From positions 1 through 24,579 of the IMG/VR virus record IMGVR_UViG_3300032305_001126: 24,579 nt of DNA; one strand, 5' to 3'. The stretch is from a virus (taxonomy: Duplodnaviria > Caudoviricetes). The notes under the pieces were generated by a model. That model was not told the DNA's origin. It was given only the letters and a program-made list of their open reading frames with translations, and searched no databases. Both the position numbers and the translations under genes were made by a program. Below are positions 14,510 to 23,161 of the stretch, in pieces; the stretch's first letter is position 1, and every line of letters begins with the position of its first letter.

Positions 14510-15786
14510 GTGAAAACGCCGTCGCCGATTTCAAAATGATCGACCTGCGTGGCATCGAGTGGCACGAGGACAGCGGCAGCCGCACACCGTCGGGCATCCG
14601 CGTCACGGCCGACAACTCTATGGCATGCTCGGCCTACACGGCGTGCATCCGGGTTATCTCCGACGCCGTGAGCTCGCTGCCGCTGCACGTCTACGAGCGG
14701 CTGGCCAACGGCGGCAAAGCCAAGGCCCCGGCCAACCCGGTCTACCGGCTCCTGCACATGCAGCCGAATCCGTGGCAAACGGCGCAGGAGTTCCGCGATT
14801 GGATGACCGGGATGTACCTGCACTACGGGGCCAGCTACGCCGAGATCCGCCCAGGTGCTCGAGGTGCGATCTCTGAGCTCTGGCCGCTGCACTCGTCTCG
14901 GATGGAAGCCGAGCGGCTTGAGGATGGCCGCCTGCGGTACAGGTACAAGGAGCCTACCGGGAAGATCACGACGTACTCACAGGATCAGATCTTCGCCCTG
15001 CGGTTCACGACCGAGGACGGCATCCGGGCGATCCCCACCTACAAGATTTTCCAGAACGCCATCGGCTTGGCCCAGGCCCTTGAGGCCCACGGGTCCACCT
15101 ACTTTGGCAACGGTGCCCGGCCGGGCATCGTTCTGGAATCCGACAACCCGATCCCGGCCGAGGCGTCCGAGCGTCTCCGCGAGCAGTGGGAGCGGATGCA
15201 CCGAGGCCCAGACCGTGCCTTCCGTACTGCCGTCCTGCCCAACGGCGTTAAAGCCCACGAGCTCTCGGGCAGCAATGAGGCGGCCCAGTTCCTTGAGACT
15301 CGCCAGTACCAAGTGATTGAGATCTGCCGCGCTTTCCGCGTGCCCCCGCACATGATCCAAGATCTGACCCGTAGCACGTACAGCAACATCGAAGTACAGG
15401 GCACGGAGTTCGTCCAACACTGCCTGCTGCCGCATCTCAAGCGGTGGGAGGCTGCGATCTCGCGCGACCTGATCGTGGACGACGAGACCTACTTCGCCGA
15501 GCACAGCGTCTCGGGCCTGCTCCGTGGCGATCACGCCAGCCGGTCGGCCTACTACGTGTCAGCCCTGCAGAACGGCTGGATGACCGTGAACGAGATCCGC
15601 GAGCTTGAGAACTTGAACCCGATCGGGCCAGAGGGCGACAAGCACTTCGTGCAACTCAACATGACCACGCTGGACAAGGTCGGCGAGGACCAGGCCGTGG
15701 AGCCCGAGCCACCGGCCGAAGACGAGGAAAGCCCAGCCGACGAGGCCGAGGACCAATCCGAGGAGGACGACACAGATGGAAATTGA
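14506..15786 (+). CDS. Portal protein, HK97 family
   Basis: ACIRVISDAVSSLPL, QPNPWQT, FGNGARPG, QFLETR, EICRAFRVPPHMI, GWMTVNEIRELENL. ATG 14506 overlaps the terL stop. Confidence 0.95.
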   Translation: MSENAVADFKMIDLRGIEWHEDSGSRTPSGIRVTADNSMACSAYTACIRVISDAVSSLPLHVYERLANGGKAKAPANPVYRLLHMQPNPWQTAQEFRDWMTGMYLHYGASYAEIRPGARGAISELWPLHSSRMEAERLEDGRLRYRYKEPTGKITTYSQDQIFALRFTTEDGIRAIPTYKIFQNAIGLAQALEAHGSTYFGNGARPGIVLESDNPIPAEASERLREQWERMHRGPDRAFRTAVLPNGVKAHELSGSNEAAQFLETRQYQVIEICRAFRVPPHMIQDLTRSTYSNIEVQGTEFVQHCLLPHLKRWEAAISRDLIVDDETYFAEHSVSGLLRGDHASRSAYYVSALQNGWMTVNEIRELENLNPIGPEGDKHFVQLNMTTLDKVGEDQAVEPEPPAEDEESPADEAEDQSEEDDTDGN

Positions 15787-16411
15787 ACGCCGCGACTTCG
15801 CCTTTGAGGACGACAACGAGCTGATCGTCGAGAGCCGGGCCGACGGCCGGGCCGCGATCGTCGGGTACGCTGCCGTCTATAACCGGCTGAGCCTCGACCT
15901 GGGCGGCTTCCGTGAGGAGATCTTGCCGGGAGCCTTCGACCGGATCCTAACCCGCCAGCGTGGCAAGCAGGACGTTGTCGCCCTGTTCAATCACGACAGC
16001 AACATCGTTCTTGGCCGCACCTCGAGCGGGACGCTGGAACTGTCGAGTGACGAGAAGGGGCTTCGCTACGTGGTCACGCCACCCGTGAGCCGGGCCGACG
16101 TGATGGAACTGATCTCGCGGCGTGACGTGCGTGGCTCGTCGTTTGCCTTCACCGTGGACAAGGGCGGCGAGGGCTTCCGCCAGGGCGAAGACGGCAACGC
16201 CATCCGCCAGATCCGCGAGGTGTCGGGCCTGTACGACGTGGGGCCAGTGCTGGTGCCAGCGTATCCATCGACATCTGCTGCCGTTGCCATGCGTTCGTAT
16301 GAGGCGTGGATGCAGTCGAAGCAGCCGGTGCAGACGCCTGCCGAGATCGCCAAGCGTTCGCTCGTGCGTGACGCAGCTGCTGCGTGGACACTGAGGCTGA
16401 GAAATGTCTGA
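15776..16411 (+). CDS. Prohead protease, HK97 family (S78)
   Basis: GYAAVYN, FREEILPGAF, LFNHD, LGRT, GSSFAF, LYDVGPVLVPAYP. Confidence 0.95.
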   Translation: MEIERRDFAFEDDNELIVESRADGRAAIVGYAAVYNRLSLDLGGFREEILPGAFDRILTRQRGKQDVVALFNHDSNIVLGRTSSGTLELSSDEKGLRYVVTPPVSRADVMELISRRDVRGSSFAFTVDKGGEGFRQGEDGNAIRQIREVSGLYDVGPVLVPAYPSTSAAVAMRSYEAWMQSKQPVQTPAEIAKRSLVRDAAAAWTLRLRNV

Positions 16412-16574
16412 CGTTCGGTGCCAGTGCGGTGAGCGTCTGCGGTGCCGATCAAGCAGGCCGGTCGGCAACGAGCGGCAGCGGTATCTCCGTTGCCCGAGGT
16501 GCGGAGCTCGCGGGGTGGCGTTTGTGAAAACAACACATTCCGAGGTCCGCTTCTGCAAGGGGCCACGGGCCTAG
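16404..16574 (+). CDS. Ogr/Delta-like zinc-ribbon protein (56 aa, below the ORF-track cutoff)
   Basis: MSDVRCQCGERLRCRSSRPVGNERQRYLRCPRCGARGVAFVKTTHSEVRFCKGPRA. SD-like GAGG; overlaps the protease stop. Confidence 0.65.
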   Translation: MSDVRCQCGERLRCRSSRPVGNERQRYLRCPRCGARGVAFVKTTHSEVRFCKGPRA

Positions 16575-16583
16575 TGCGATTGT
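16551..16583 (+). promoter_or_regulatory. Candidate late promoter copy 3 (upstream of the major capsid gene)
   Basis: TTCTGCAAG-N18-GATTGT. Confidence 0.45.
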
Positions 16584-16623
16584 GGACTCCATCGGCAATA
16601 CCGCCGCAGGAGTCTCACGAAAC

Positions 16624-17937
16624 ATGGACAATCTCAAGAAGCTTCAGGACGAAGCAGTCACGCTTGCCAACCGCATCGACGCCGTCCGGGCTGTCGAATC
16701 CGAAGACGCCGACAAGATCGCCGAGCGAGACCTCGAGCTCGAGCAGCTGAATAAGCGGGCGGGCGAGCTCGCCAAGAAGGTGGACTTCGAGAAGTCGGTG
16801 GCCGAGTCGGCCAAGAACCTGCGGGCGGTGGTCGAGCGTTGCGCTCCGGCCCCCGAGGTGAACGAGGAGCGGGCCGTCGAAGTGCAGGCCGTGTCGCACA
16901 GCGGCAAGCTCCGCGCTTTCGAGAAGCACGAGGACGCCTACAAGGTGGGCATGTGGCTGCGGGCCAAGAGCGGCGACGCCCACGCCAAGCGGTGGTGTGC
17001 TGATCACGGCGTCGAGGCTCGTGCTCTCGGCGGTGCCAGCGGCGGCGGTGCCAATTTCGTGCCCGATATCCTGTCGTCCACCGTATTGCGATTAGTGGAT
17101 CAATTTTCTGCCTTCGCTGCAAATGCCACGAACCTCGCCATGCCGTCCGACGTGGTGCTCTTCCCGAAGCGTACCGGCGGGACGACCGGCTACTGGATCT
17201 CGGAAAACTCGGCGATCACCGCGAGCGATCCGAGTGCGTCGCAGGTCAGCGTGACGGCCAAGAAGGTTGGCGGGGCCGTGGTGCTCTCTAGCGAGCTCCT
17301 TCAGGACTCCATCGTGTCGATCTCCGACTGGATCGCGGCCGAGCTGGCCTTGACCCTGTCGAACGCAATCGAGACGGCGGCATGGGCTGGAAACCCGAGC
17401 AACGCTCCTGCTGTGGCTGGTCTTGTGACCACCTACACGGGCGGCCTGCTCGCGGCCTCGTCTGCGACCTATGCGGCCTCGCTGGTGACTGCGGCGGGCG
17501 ATACGCCCGACGAGGTGACCAAGGCCAACCTGCTGGCGATGATGGCAAAGCTGCCCCAGCACAGTCGGCAGGGTGCCAAGTGGTACTGCTCGCCGTTCTT
17601 CTTCGCGACCTGCATGCAGGCTCTGGACCTCAACCAGGGCGGCTCGGTCGGTCTCTCGCAGGGCATGGGCCTGACCTTCCTCGGCTCGCCGGTCGTTCTG
17701 ACCGATCAGCTGCCGAGCGGGGCTGACTCGACCGGCGCGGTGATGGCTCTCTACGGCAACCTCGCCAACTCGTCGATCTACGGCAGCCGCCGAGACCTCG
17801 AGGTACAGAGCTCGGATCAGGTCAACTTCCTTTCGGATCAGACGGTGATCCGTGCCACGGCTCGTGTTGGCATCAGCCACCACACGCTCGGCAGCGACAC
17901 GGTCGCTGGCCCGGTGATCGCCCTGGTCGGTGCGTGA
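16624..17937 (+). CDS. Major capsid protein, HK97 fold with N-terminal coiled-coil delta domain
   Basis: SD CAGGAG and ATG 16624. Coiled-coil N-terminus, GG.NFVPD, GYWISE, KKVGGAVVLSSELLQDS, TFLGSPVV, YGNL, F..DQTVIRATARVG. Confidence 0.95.
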   Translation: MDNLKKLQDEAVTLANRIDAVRAVESEDADKIAERDLELEQLNKRAGELAKKVDFEKSVAESAKNLRAVVERCAPAPEVNEERAVEVQAVSHSGKLRAFEKHEDAYKVGMWLRAKSGDAHAKRWCADHGVEARALGGASGGGANFVPDILSSTVLRLVDQFSAFAANATNLAMPSDVVLFPKRTGGTTGYWISENSAITASDPSASQVSVTAKKVGGAVVLSSELLQDSIVSISDWIAAELALTLSNAIETAAWAGNPSNAPAVAGLVTTYTGGLLAASSATYAASLVTAAGDTPDEVTKANLLAMMAKLPQHSRQGAKWYCSPFFFATCMQALDLNQGGSVGLSQGMGLTFLGSPVVLTDQLPSGADSTGAVMALYGNLANSSIYGSRRDLEVQSSDQVNFLSDQTVIRATARVGISHHTLGSDTVAGPVIALVGA

Positions 17938-17962
17938 TCCGGCTTGACGCGTCTGCAATCTT

Positions 17963-17994
17963 GAGCGGGCGGCTCCACACGGGGCCGCCCGCTC
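17963..17994 (+). terminator. Strong 14-bp hairpin after the capsid gene (terminator or mRNA stabiliser; no U-tract)
   Basis: GAGCGGGCGGCTCC-ACAC-GGGGCCGCCCGCTC, with one G-U pair. Confidence 0.7.
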
Positions 17995-18010
17995 TCATTG
18001 TGGAGGTTGC

Positions 18011-18748
18011 ATGCTAATCAGGGTCGGCGGCACAGAGGTCGAGATCAGGGCCGAGGCGATTCTCTCTGGCCCACGGTTCGGCCCGCTGGCCAACCTGTTC
18101 GGCTGGGCTCAGGCCCTGATGCCACTCGGCATCCGGCCCACGCTCGGCCAGGGCGCGTTCTGGTCTCAGGTGCTCACGCGAATGATGGAGCAATTCGTCG
18201 ATCAGTGCGAGTACATCATCTGCTTGGATTTCGACACATTCGTAAGCAAGCAGGACATTGAACAGCTTTTCGCGATGGCCTTGGCGTTCCAGTGCGACGC
18301 TCTCGCACCTCTGCAGGTGAAGCGAGAAGATGGCCGCCCGATGCTGACGCTGCTGGGCACGCTGGACGATCCGCCGACGAGCGGCAGCACCACGCTGCCT
18401 GCGGCGTGGTTTGCGGAGCCTGTGCAGCAGGTGGACAGTGCCCACTTCGGCTGCACGATCCTTTCGACGGCCGCCCTCAAGCGAATGAAGAAGCCTTGGT
18501 TTTGGGAGCAGCCTGACCCGCTTGGCGGTTACGGCGACGGCCGGGTCGATTCCGACATCGGCTTCTGGCGCACGTGGAGTGACTCTGGCAACAAGTGCTT
18601 CGTGACGCCGCGGGTCTCAATCGGCCACGGCGAGTACGTGGTGACGTGGCCGGGCCGCGATCTAGGCAAGCCTGTTTTTCAATACACGGGCGATTGGATG
18701 AAGACGAACAAGGCCCCCGAAACTGCATGGAGCGTAGGACAATCGTGA
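18011..18748 (+). CDS. Glycosyltransferase, GT-A/GT2-like
   Basis: YIICLDFDT (DxD), VDSAHFGCTILS..ALKRMKKPWF, DSDIGFWR, VTPRVSIGH; SD GGAGGT. Confidence 0.75.
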   Translation: MLIRVGGTEVEIRAEAILSGPRFGPLANLFGWAQALMPLGIRPTLGQGAFWSQVLTRMMEQFVDQCEYIICLDFDTFVSKQDIEQLFAMALAFQCDALAPLQVKREDGRPMLTLLGTLDDPPTSGSTTLPAAWFAEPVQQVDSAHFGCTILSTAALKRMKKPWFWEQPDPLGGYGDGRVDSDIGFWRTWSDSGNKCFVTPRVSIGHGEYVVTWPGRDLGKPVFQYTGDWMKTNKAPETAWSVGQS

Positions 18749-18942
18749 AACTGAAGTTTGTTCGGTCGTGGCGTTCGTACCGCTTGGGCCAGACGGTGGA
18801 CATTCCCGGCGGCCTAGCCGCTGAGCTGATCGCCAAAAAAGTTGCCGTCGAGGACAAGCAGCACCCGCTGATCGAAACCGCTGCTATCGAGATGCCAGCC
18901 AGGACGGCAGACGCCACGCCACGCAGGAAAACGAAGCGATGA
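18745..18942 (+). CDS. Small head-region protein (bL9 N-domain-like pattern with a basic tail)
   Basis: GTG 18745 overlap; MKLKFVRSW..YRLGQTVDIPGGLAAELIAKKVAV. Confidence 0.6.
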   Translation: MKLKFVRSWRSYRLGQTVDIPGGLAAELIAKKVAVEDKQHPLIETAAIEMPARTADATPRRKTKR

Positions 18943-19544
18943 CGTACCGCAGCCTGACACGAGCCACGCAGCCTGTCGTGGAGCCGGTCACTCTCACAGA
19001 GGCCAAGGCCCACCTGCGGGTCGATACCGACAACGACAACGCCTACATCATGGGCCTCGTTGCAGCTGCTCGAGGCTGGGTTGAGGAATACCTCGACCGC
19101 ACGCTCGTCCACACCCAGTGGACGATGCGCATGGACGGCTTCCCGCCCAACGGCATGGACAACATCGAGCTTCCGCGGCCGCCGATGGCCACGGCTGCGG
19201 CCGTCACTGCCGTGGCAATCACGTACACGACCGAGAGCGGTGCCGTGGTGGTGTTCCCGTCGAACGAGTACCGGGTCGATCGGCACTCGACGCCAGGCGG
19301 CATCAGCCCGCTATTCGACCAGGCGTGGCCCGTGCATCGCCGGGACGAGAACGCCGTGGTGATCACGTGGTGGGGCGGCTACGGCGAGGACGGCCGCAGC
19401 GTGCCCACGCAGATCCGGCACGCCATCCTGATGCTCGTGGCCCACTGGTACGACCGGCGTGAGGCAGCAGGCTCCGTGTCGAACGAGATCGAGTTTGGCG
19501 TCAAGTCGCTTCTGGACTCGTGCCGCTGGGGAACCTACCGATGA
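18939..19544 (+). CDS. Head-tail connector (HK97 gp6 / phiE125 gp8-like)
   Basis: EPVTLTEAKAHLRVD..D..I..LVAAAR..VE, VPTQIRHAILMLVAHWYDRRE. Confidence 0.92.
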   Translation: MTYRSLTRATQPVVEPVTLTEAKAHLRVDTDNDNAYIMGLVAAARGWVEEYLDRTLVHTQWTMRMDGFPPNGMDNIELPRPPMATAAAVTAVAITYTTESGAVVVFPSNEYRVDRHSTPGGISPLFDQAWPVHRRDENAVVITWWGGYGEDGRSVPTQIRHAILMLVAHWYDRREAAGSVSNEIEFGVKSLLDSCRWGTYR

Positions 19545-19864
19545 GCACATACGAGCAGCTTCCGGGCCAGCTTGGCCTCTCGCTTCGCCGAGGCGACGAG
19601 CTGAGTACGGCCATCGACTTCTCGCCGACGACAATGACCGGCTACACGGTGACGGCCGTGATCACGTCGCTCGTCACCGGCAACACGGTCACAGCCTTCA
19701 CGACCACGCTGACCAACGCCGCGGCCGGGATCGTCAACGTGGCACTGACTGAGGCCCAGACAACGGCCCTGCCGGTCGGAACCTACGGCTGGCGGCTTGA
19801 GTGGGACGCACCCGGCAGCGTGCGTCGTACGGCTCTGCAGGGGCAGGTGGAGGTAGTCGGGTGA
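19541..19864 (+). CDS. Beta-sandwich virion adaptor-like protein (BppU-N-like)
   Basis: [38 protein letters not shown] pattern, as seen in fibre-anchoring proteins. Confidence 0.6.
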   Translation: MSTYEQLPGQLGLSLRRGDELSTAIDFSPTTMTGYTVTAVITSLVTGNTVTAFTTTLTNAAAGIVNVALTEAQTTALPVGTYGWRLEWDAPGSVRRTALQGQVEVVG

Positions 19865-21264
19865 CGACCACCGCAACCGTCAACAGCAGCCCGATCACGG
19901 CCACTGTGTCCGGTGCGTCTGTGTCGGCGGCCGTGACGAGCTCGAGCACCTCGGCCAGTGCGTCAGGTGGCGTCGGGCCTGCTGGTGCAGCGGGAGTCGC
20001 TGGCGTGGCCGGTGCCGTCGGCCCAGCTGGTGCAGCTGGTGCCACGGGCTCACAAGGCCCGCAGGGTGTGGCTGGCGTGGCAGGAGCCACTGGTCCGCAA
20101 GGGCCAGCAGGTCCGACCGGGCCAGCGGGAGCAGCTGGAGCCAAGGGCGACACTGGCGAGCGTGGTGCAACTGGCCCGGCCGGTGAGGCTGGGCCGCAAG
20201 GCATCCAAGGCGTCGCGGGTGCGGCTGGTGCAGCTGGTGCCACGGGATCGCAAGGCATTCAAGGACCGCCGGGCGTGGCAGGCCCAAAGGGCGACACCGG
20301 CGATGTCGGGCCGCAAGGCAGCCAAGGCGTGGCGGGTGCCACGGGGCCTGCGGGCGCGGCGGGAGCCACGGGAGCGAAGGGCGATCGTGGCGATACCGGG
20401 CCGCAGGGGCCAGCCGGGGCCACGGGATCACAAGGCCCGCAGGGCGTTGCAGGAGCGACGGGAGCCACCGGCCCACAGGGGCCAGCTGGTGCTACGGGAG
20501 CGACAGGCCCGCAAGCCTCACTGGTCTATGCGTCTATCAACGACTTCCCCGCGACAGGGTCATCGACCGCCCTGTACTTGGACGAATCCACCTCGCGGCT
20601 CTATCAATGGGAATCGCCCGTCTACGTTGAGGTCGGAACCTCGGGTGGCGGGATCGCCACGACATCGGCTTCCGCACTCGTCGAGGGCACGCTGGCGGAT
20701 GCAAGATTGTCTTCTGCAATTGCCACCTATGCCACGCTGGCAGCGACCGACAACCAGCCAGCGTCCGGCCTAGACGTTTATCCTCGCGGCGAAGCTACGG
20801 CCGGAGCATCAGGCGGAACCTCAGGGCAGATTTTTTGGATTTTTTTCACGCCATCTGTTTCGCTTACTGTTTCGTCAATCACGTTCTGTTCTGGATCAAT
20901 AGCCGGTTCTGGTCTCACGCTGGCACGGATGGGGCTGTACACGTTTGATGAGACCACAGTCACGCTGGTGGCGAGGACGGCATCCGACACCACGTTATTC
21001 ACAGCGACAAACACGGCGTACACCAGAAGCCTGGCGACGGCTGGCGGCTACCCTGCCACCTATGCCCTGAATGCTAGCACTCGCTACGGAGTGGCGGTCA
21101 TTGCGGTTGGCACCACCGCGCCCAATTTTGCTGGCAGGACGATAGTAACCGCCGTGGGGGGGCAGACACCGAGGATGGCGGCATCACTCGGGTCGCAGAC
21201 CGATTTGATTACGTCTGGCACGCCAGGCACCGCGCAAGCCAACCTGTACGCGAGGCTGACATGA
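19861..21264 (+). CDS. Collagen-like fibre protein with C-terminal beta-rich head domain
   Basis: GTG 19861 overlap. Ser/Thr-rich N-terminus, 61 uninterrupted Gly-X-Y triplets, FPATG..LY..LYQW motif, GTLADARLS, beta-rich C-domain. Confidence 0.85.
   Translation: MTTTATVNSSPITATVSGASVSAAVTSSSTSASASGGVGPAGAAGVAGVAGAVGPAGAAGATGSQGPQGVAGVAGATGPQGPAGPTGPAGAAGAKGDTGERGATGPAGEAGPQGIQGVAGAAGAAGATGSQGIQGPPGVAGPKGDTGDVGPQGSQGVAGATGPAGAAGATGAKGDRGDTGPQGPAGATGSQGPQGVAGATGATGPQGPAGATGATGPQASLVYASINDFPATGSSTALYLDESTSRLYQWESPVYVEVGTSGGGIATTSASALVEGTLADARLSSAIATYATLAATDNQPASGLDVYPRGEATAGASGGTSGQIFWIFFTPSVSLTVSSITFCSGSIAGSGLTLARMGLYTFDETTVTLVARTASDTTLFTATNTAYTRSLATAGGYPATYALNASTRYGVAVIAVGTTAPNFAGRTIVTAVGGQTPRMAASLGSQTDLITSGTPGTAQANLYARLT
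19966..20514 (+). repeat. Collagen (Gly-X-Y)61 repeat
   Basis: Counted from the translation, GGV GPA GAA ... GAT GPQ; 15 triplets carry Thr in the Y position. Confidence 0.9.
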
Positions 21265-21440
21265 GCGAATCCATCAGAGTCACCACGACATACGTGGGCG
21301 TGGTTGACGGTCTGCACACTTACGAGGTGCGTGACGAGGGCGGTGTGATCATTGGCTACAACCGCTGTGCATACCCGCCATGCCCCGGCGAGGGCTGGGT
21401 GCTGGACGAGGCGACTGCGACGTGGGTCGAGGCGATCTAG
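21261..21440 (+). CDS. Small fibre-associated protein or chaperone (59 aa, below cutoff)
   Basis: ATGA overlap. [59 protein letters not shown]. Confidence 0.6.
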   Translation: MSESIRVTTTYVGVVDGLHTYEVRDEGGVIIGYNRCAYPPCPGEGWVLDEATATWVEAI

Positions 21441-21445
21441 CCTGA

Positions 21446-21478
21446 AACTGCCAGTATCCCGTGGTATAGGCGTACCGT
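21446..21478 (+). promoter_or_regulatory. Candidate late promoter copy 4 (possibly leaderless, ahead of the head-closure gene)
   Basis: AACTGCCAG-N18-TACCGT, ending 6 nt before ATG 21485. Confidence 0.5.
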
Positions 21479-21484
21479 GGTGGA

Positions 21485-21808
21485 ATGATCCGACCCGGCG
21501 ACCTACGCGAGCGTGTCACCGTCCAGATCGCCAGCGGCACCACCAATGCCCTAGGCGAGACCGTGCTGGCGTGGTCTGACTCCTCGGCCGTCTGGGCCAG
21601 CGTCGAGGGCGTCTCGGCCCGCGAGGCCCTGACAGCTGGCCAGCAAGAGACAACCGTGACGCACAGGCTGCGGCTGCGTTACCTGCCGGGCCTCAATAGC
21701 CAGATGCGTTTTGCGTGGCGTGGCCGCACGCTTGAGATCTCCAGCCTGCTCGAGCACGGCAACCGCACCGAGCACGAGGCCATTTGCATGGAGCGACGCA
21801 ATGGCTGA
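21485..21808 (+). CDS. Head closure / head-tail adaptor (SPP1 gp16-like)
   Basis: PGDLRERVTVQ, W....VWASVE..SARE, THRLRLRY, MRF.W.GR.LEI. Confidence 0.9.
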   Translation: MIRPGDLRERVTVQIASGTTNALGETVLAWSDSSAVWASVEGVSAREALTAGQQETTVTHRLRLRYLPGLNSQMRFAWRGRTLEISSLLEHGNRTEHEAICMERRNG

Positions 21809-22352
21809 GCAGACGGGCATCAGCATCACGACGGGCATCCCGGGGCTTGAGAGCATCCGCAATGCGTTTATGTCGCTGCCTAAGAATCTGGCCGCCAAGC
21901 ACATGGCAGCCGGGCTGCGGCGTGCTGCTGAGAAGGGCGGCACACTGCAGGCTCTGAAGTCGGCAACACCTCGCGGGCCGACCGGCAACCTGCGGCGATC
22001 CATTGCGATCAAGAGCAAACGCTACCCACGGACAGGCGTCGGTCTGGTTGTTCTCGGGTTCCGTTCGGGCCGCAAGATAAACGAGCCCTATGACAACAAG
22101 AAACTTGGCTACCACCAGGGCTTAGTCGAGTTCGGCACCAAAGAGCGTACACGCCGAACGCAGGGCGGTACTCGGGCGTCCACTGGAAAGATGCCAGTCG
22201 GCGGCTCGTACGGCAGGCCACCAGTACGGTCGGCATGGGAACAGACCCGCTCGCGGGTCGAGTCGATGATGGTTGAGGAAATGAAGTCCGCATTTGACGC
22301 GGCCGCCCGCGAGCTCGCCGACAAAATCAAGTCACTACAGGGGCCGTTCTGA
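21801..22352 (+). CDS. HK97 gp10-family tail completion/neck protein
   Basis: P.GPTGNLRRSI, LVEFGTK, MP....RPPVRSAW; syntenic position. Confidence 0.85.
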   Translation: MAEQTGISITTGIPGLESIRNAFMSLPKNLAAKHMAAGLRRAAEKGGTLQALKSATPRGPTGNLRRSIAIKSKRYPRTGVGLVVLGFRSGRKINEPYDNKKLGYHQGLVEFGTKERTRRTQGGTRASTGKMPVGGSYGRPPVRSAWEQTRSRVESMMVEEMKSAFDAAARELADKIKSLQGPF

Positions 22353-22774
22353 TGGCACTGAAATCACCGGAAGCGATCCTGCGAAATGCCCTGGTTGCCA
22401 ACGCCGACGTACAGGCGTTGATCAGCGGCCGCATCTACCCGCTGCGATATGTAGGCCCGTCACCGATCCAGTTTCCGCTGATCATCTGGCGACGTGCCCG
22501 CGTCCTGCGAGATATGGCCATGAACGGCCCAGTCGGCCTGCCACGGGTCACGGTCGAGTTGTACGTCTACGGCACCACCTACGAGACGGCACGAGACCTA
22601 GCAGATAAGTGCCGCCGCGTTCTGGATGGGTTCGCTGGCGTTCTCGACAATACGGAGGTGCGGCAGGCGTCCTTGATGGACGAAGCCGACGACCTGGTGG
22701 AGATCGACGGAGCGGAAAACTCGCTCTATCTGGTCCGGCAAACATACGACCTTTTTTGGGTGGAGAACAATTAA
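22352..22774 (+). CDS. Tail terminator (DUF3168 / gp17-like)
   Basis: ALISGRIYP, FPLI, V...VYG.TY..ARDLAD..RRVLDG. Confidence 0.85.
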   Translation: MALKSPEAILRNALVANADVQALISGRIYPLRYVGPSPIQFPLIIWRRARVLRDMAMNGPVGLPRVTVELYVYGTTYETARDLADKCRRVLDGFAGVLDNTEVRQASLMDEADDLVEIDGAENSLYLVRQTYDLFWVENN

Positions 22775-23143
22775 ATGGCTTCGCACGCTCAGGGTACCTC
22801 GCTCACTTTCGGCGGCACCGCCTACACGGTCACGAGTATCACATACTCGATGACCGACGTGACTGCTGGCGACACCATCGACGTGTCGCACCTTGGCCAG
22901 TCGGCTGGTAGTGCAGTTGCCACGATGGACAGGCCGCTCAAGGGCTCTGCCACCGACACGGGCCGCGAGGTCAGCATCGAGTATCTCGGCAGTGCCCCAA
23001 TCACCGACGGCAGCAGTGGCACCTTGGTGATTTCTGGCGGGCTAGGTCTGTCGGCTGCGGCCACCGTGAGCTCGTCCAGCGTGACGCTCGCCGTGAACGA
23101 CGCCATCCGGGGCCAGGCCACCTTCCGAGTCGCGCGGGTCTAG
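22775..23143 (+). CDS. Tail tube (major tail) protein, minimal
   Basis: Position after the terminator. QGTSLTFG..VTSI..DTIDVSHL..DTGREVSIEY..ATF beta-sandwich pattern. Confidence 0.7.
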   Translation: MASHAQGTSLTFGGTAYTVTSITYSMTDVTAGDTIDVSHLGQSAGSAVATMDRPLKGSATDTGREVSIEYLGSAPITDGSSGTLVISGGLGLSAAATVSSSSVTLAVNDAIRGQATFRVARV

Positions 23144-23161
23144 TCCGCTACGGAGGCTTCC

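Noticed and set aside
19734-20773. Pro/Ala-rich alternative-frame and antisense ORFs over the collagen region; possible CRISPR or tandem DNA repeat
   Set aside because: By-products of Gly-X-Y codon periodicity; there is no repeat-spacer structure.
20831-21162. Homopolymer runs T6/T7 (20831-20846) and G7 (21156-21162) as phase-variation sites
   Set aside because: The runs are short and the frame is intact; there is no evidence of variation without reads.
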